Shown piece after piece: positions 60,511 through 64,000 of a stretch of 64,000 nucleotides of DNA (its first letter is position 1; every line of letters begins with the position of its first letter). The notes below the pieces were generated by a model that was given only the letters and a program-made list of their open reading frames with translations, made no database searches and was not told the origin of the DNA. A program made the position numbers and the translations under genes. This stretch comes from Promethearchaeota archaeon. Its GTDB lineage: Archaea > Asgardarchaeota > Lokiarchaeia > Sigyniarchaeales > SOKP01. The stretch covers positions 146,583-210,582 of the forward strand of contig JBHLOC010000003.1 in assembly GCA_048940925.1 (NCBI GenBank), written 5' to 3'.

Positions 60511-61206
60511 ATGAAAATACATATTGCTCACGAAAATGTTGATGCAGTCCTGGAACTGGTACCCACACACCGACCACAAAAGCAATTCCACCTTACGCCA
60601 CAAGGAGAGAAAGCTGTATATCAACGAATGATTAAATTTGATGCTACATTAAGCGATGAAAAGGTATTACAGGAAGAAAAATTGGGAGAAAAGTTAAAAG
60701 AATCTGATTTTGAAGTGGATATGGAGTTAACGGGAAAAACAATTCGCCACACATCTCGAATCACTGTATCCGAAGATTTAGAACCAGTTTTTAATTATTC
60801 AATGTATGATGTACTTACTCTTCCCGATGGTAGTGTGAAAGAACGTCCTCACATGCAAACAATTGGAAATATTAATACATCCATTCCTGTTAGGATCTCC
60901 GATGAGCTGGTTGACCCAAAGACTCTGATGTTAGAATATATATTTCGGAAGAGTTATTATATTACGCATTATGATGGGGTAACCTATAAATTCCTTTATG
61001 AAATTGCAAATTGGTTGCATCAAGCTAAAAAGTTCGCTCGCCTGGATACTTTTAACTTAGAATCTAAGAAACGAGAACCGTTAATTTTGACTGATGGGGG
61101 TAGAAAATTCCCAAGAGCATATCTAAGCGGCACAGTAAAGGGAGAGGCGTATCGGCTTGTGTTATATCTATCTGATCAAGAATTAAAAATAACGAAAGGT
61201 GCATAA
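60511..61206 (+). CDS. Ku-core-like protein B
   Basis: VRISDELVDPKTLMLEYIFRKSYYITHYDGVTYKFLYEIANWLHQAKKFARL and YRLVLYLSDQELK. ATG 60511 has SD GAGGTG at 60495-60500. Confidence 0.6.
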   Translation: MKIHIAHENVDAVLELVPTHRPQKQFHLTPQGEKAVYQRMIKFDATLSDEKVLQEEKLGEKLKESDFEVDMELTGKTIRHTSRITVSEDLEPVFNYSMYDVLTLPDGSVKERPHMQTIGNINTSIPVRISDELVDPKTLMLEYIFRKSYYITHYDGVTYKFLYEIANWLHQAKKFARLDTFNLESKKREPLILTDGGRKFPRAYLSGTVKGEAYRLVLYLSDQELKITKGA

Positions 61207-62731
61207 GATCAAGATATCACCAGAACAAATTGCGAACTCATTTGGCACCTATGTACGAGGGATCGCCGAAAGCGTTCCCGTGAAAGAGGTCATCCCACCG
61301 GTTGATAACTATCGAAAGCACATAGCTCAGAGATTTATTACCAGAAGAGAAGAAGATATTCCTAACTTATTAGGAGAAGAGTTTATTGTAAGCATAAAGG
61401 TAGACGGAGCGTTTAGTGGGTATTATAACAATGAAGATCAGAGTTATTCGTTTTTTTTCAACGTACCTCAGCATAGAATCTATATCGGGTTACCCGTGAA
61501 TAAAGATATTGAAGATATTTTGCGACAAAATCATATCAAGGAAGCCTTATTAGTAGGAGAGTTATTCTGCTCTACCCGTGAGCCAGTTGATTTTTCAAGA
61601 CGCTCTCGGATCTATGAGCTCGCACACTGTAGAAGAAATCCATCTTCTCAAGATGATTTGGAGAGGATAGGATTCAAGGTGTTTGATATTCTCGAGATTA
61701 ATGGTGAAAAGTGGATTGATAACCAATTTCGAGAGCGATACAATAAACTTCACAGCCTTTTTCCCAAAGAAGGTAGACTTTCAGTGGTCAAGACAAAAAT
61801 ATTCAAAAATCCTTATGAAATTCTTGAGTTTTATAGAAAGGAAGTGATTGAACAGAATCATGAAGGTATTGTGATACGCACAGGAAATATTGCATATAAG
61901 ATCAAACCTACTCATGTTGTAGATGTGGCTATCATTGCTATTGCTGAAGGAAGAGAAGGCACAAAAATAGGAAGGCTACAGCTAGCAAGTTCCCTCGTAG
62001 CATTACGTTATCCCGATGGAAAATACCAAGTGCTAAGTAGAGTAGGAGGAGGACTCACTGATGAGATGCGTAGCGAGTTATTAAAAATATTTAGGGTAGT
62101 AAACACTAAAGATTTTATCCCCATCACGCGCGATGGAAGAGCGATGAAGATGGTGTATCCCGAAATTGTGGGGCAAATCGAGTACGAAGACATTATAACT
62201 GATACAGGGGGTGAACCTATATATCAACCATGTTTATCTTTCGATCAAAAAGCCAATTCTTGGGAGATTATTAGGCAAGTACCCTTTTTGAGTCTTATAG
62301 CCCCTCGATTTATTGAAGAGGATCCCATTAGAGAAGACAAAAATGCTGCGGATATAAAAGATGTCCGCATAAGCCAACTCATGGATCTAGTTGATATACC
62401 TCAAATGGAGAAAATTTCAAAATATGAGTATGAGAATTCTGAAACCCTCGCGCGAAATGTCTATGAAAAAGGAGATGCCATGGTCCGCAAGTTTATATTG
62501 TGGAAGACCAACAAAAGCGAATCCTATGAATATCCCAAATACGTTATCTATCACCTTGATTACAGTAAAAATCGAAAAGAACCGCTTGGTCGTGATATTA
62601 AAGGCACGAATAGCGAATCTCAAGCATGGGAACTTTTTAACAAGACCATAGAATCTGAGATGATTGGGACGTCAGGTTCGTTAAAACGAGGGTGGAATGT
62701 ATATTCCATTATGGATGATAGAGAAAGCTAA
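61199..62731 (+). CDS. ATP-dependent DNA ligase (NTase + OB) with C-terminal WGR-like domain
   Basis: Motif I SIKVDG, III VGEL, IIIa FKVFDI, IV EGIVIR, V YKIKP, OB VGGGL, VI PRF...REDK. Confidence 0.88.
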   Translation: MHKIKISPEQIANSFGTYVRGIAESVPVKEVIPPVDNYRKHIAQRFITRREEDIPNLLGEEFIVSIKVDGAFSGYYNNEDQSYSFFFNVPQHRIYIGLPVNKDIEDILRQNHIKEALLVGELFCSTREPVDFSRRSRIYELAHCRRNPSSQDDLERIGFKVFDILEINGEKWIDNQFRERYNKLHSLFPKEGRLSVVKTKIFKNPYEILEFYRKEVIEQNHEGIVIRTGNIAYKIKPTHVVDVAIIAIAEGREGTKIGRLQLASSLVALRYPDGKYQVLSRVGGGLTDEMRSELLKIFRVVNTKDFIPITRDGRAMKMVYPEIVGQIEYEDIITDTGGEPIYQPCLSFDQKANSWEIIRQVPFLSLIAPRFIEEDPIREDKNAADIKDVRISQLMDLVDIPQMEKISKYEYENSETLARNVYEKGDAMVRKFILWKTNKSESYEYPKYVIYHLDYSKNRKEPLGRDIKGTNSESQAWELFNKTIESEMIGTSGSLKRGWNVYSIMDDRES

Positions 62732-62932
62732 TAAGAATGTTATCATATTCTTATTATTTTATCGACAAATTTTATCTAATAATCGATTAATATTGTTCAA
62801 TCATAGCTACGTATTCATCTGCATAGATTTTCCCTTTAAGTGTCAAGAATTAGAAACAATATAAGGTAATCTTCAGTTCTTATAAAGACAAATCATTTAG
62901 AATTTGATATTAAAAAATAAATAAGAACTAAT

Positions 62933-64000
62933 TTACACTTTTTCAAAAATATGGACGCAAAGTGCTGCTTCTCCAGGACCTAAATTACCTCCCCCATTAT
63001 GGGTTAAAGCAATTTTAGGATCTTTTACTTGTCGCTCACCAGCTTCTCCACGTAACTGTGTAACCATTTCATATATTTGTGCAAGACCTGAAGCTCCAAT
63101 TGGATGTCCTCGAGCCAATAGGCCACCACTAGTATTAATCGGAATTTTGCCATCTAATTCAGTCGCACCACTTTCCACAAATGGACCTCCTTTGCCAACG
63201 GGACAGAATCCTAATCTTTCAGTTAAATCCAGTTCTGCATATGCTGTAGCATCATGAACTTCTGCAACATCTATGTCTTCGGGTCCAACACCAGCCATTT
63301 CATAGGCAGCTTTAGAAGCTACTCCAACTGCATTATATCTCTGCAATGAACCAGATCTCAAAATAGAAGCACGTACTTTCACAGTTCTTTCTTTATGATG
63401 GGGATTCTTTTCTAAATACTTCTCAGAACAGAGTATAGCAGCAGCAGATCCGTCACCAATCGGAGCACACATAGCTCTTGTTAAAGGATAAGCTACAACA
63501 TAATCTTCCATTACTTGCTCCACAGTTTGAGGGAATGTATACTGCGCCAATGGATTCATTGTGGAATTATTGTGATTTTTCGCTGCAATAACTGCTATTT
63601 GTCGTTGAGTAGTTCCATATCGCTTCATATGTGCACGAGCACCCATCGCGTAAAAATCCATAAAAATGGAATGGTCTTTCTTTTTTGACTTATTATTTCC
63701 CTCAGATTTTTCTTTATTAGCCTGTTTATTTCCTTCTGCTATTTGCTTTTTTAACTGATCTATCATTTTAAGTGTAACTTCAACATCTGTCCCAGATATA
63801 AATCCACTCATGCGACCACTTAAGGGTCCACTTCCACCTGCACGCGCATTTAAAGGTCCTGTTTCATAATACATTTTTTCAGTTCCGACCGCTAAAACAA
63901 GATCGTATACTCCCGCCTTTACCGCAGTCCATGCCCCATGAAATGCGGTACTCCCCCCAGCACAAGCATTTTCTACATTAGTAATGGGTATTCTGTCGAT
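62933..64000 (-). CDS. SCP-x type thiolase family protein (5'-truncated)
   Basis: Frame is open to the window end (VENACAGGS...VGTEKM); EVHDA, INTSGGLLARGHPIGASG. Confidence 0.92.
   Translation of the reverse strand: MDRIPITNVENACAGGSTAFHGAWTAVKAGVYDLVLAVGTEKMYYETGPLNARAGGSGPLSGRMSGFISGTDVEVTLKMIDQLKKQIAEGNKQANKEKSEGNNKSKKKDHSIFMDFYAMGARAHMKRYGTTQRQIAVIAAKNHNNSTMNPLAQYTFPQTVEQVMEDYVVAYPLTRAMCAPIGDGSAAAILCSEKYLEKNPHHKERTVKVRASILRSGSLQRYNAVGVASKAAYEMAGVGPEDIDVAEVHDATAYAELDLTERLGFCPVGKGGPFVESGATELDGKIPINTSGGLLARGHPIGASGLAQIYEMVTQLRGEAGERQVKDPKIALTHNGGGNLGPGEAALCVHIFEKV

Noticed and set aside
61199-62731. The ligase as the replicative archaeal ligase, LigD, or an RNA ligase/capping enzyme
   Set aside because: It lacks the N-terminal DBD of replicative ligases and the Pol/PE domains of LigD; the OB fold with VGGG and motif VI favours a DNA ligase.
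59480-62932. Provirus or transposon around the GC-richer operon
   Set aside because: No integrase, transposase, capsid gene, terminal repeats or target duplication visible.

Overview
AT-rich archaeal chromosomal segment (about 30% GC by eye). The combination of TFB, archaeal RFC, a Rab-like small GTPase, a longin/uDENN-like domain, bacterial-type DnaK/ClpB and many lipid-redox enzymes is most consistent with an Asgard archaeon, probably Lokiarchaeia (inference). In order, the window holds: a 5'-truncated giant helical repeat protein; a CdrS-like RHH regulator; an ABC peptide-binding protein; a GNAT-rfcS-rfcS2-rfcL operon; metabolic and transport genes; a lipid-redox cluster containing a receiver-longin fusion; a degenerate small GTPase; grpE-dnaK-dnaJ-clpB followed by a TFB paralogue; a steroid 5-alpha-reductase/SDR pair; pyk; aor; an ArsR/ABC module; pseudogene scraps (GGR-like, rad50, LRR); tandem Fe-S paralogues; a PhoU regulator; and a truncated thiolase. 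The best candidate for an undescribed system is the GC-richer three-gene operon at 59883-62731. It encodes two different Ku-core-like proteins and a minimal ATP-dependent DNA ligase with a WGR-like tail, i.e. a putative heterodimeric-Ku end-joining system. No rRNA, tRNA, CRISPR array or transposase was recognised. All family assignments are by motif reading only; no searches were run.
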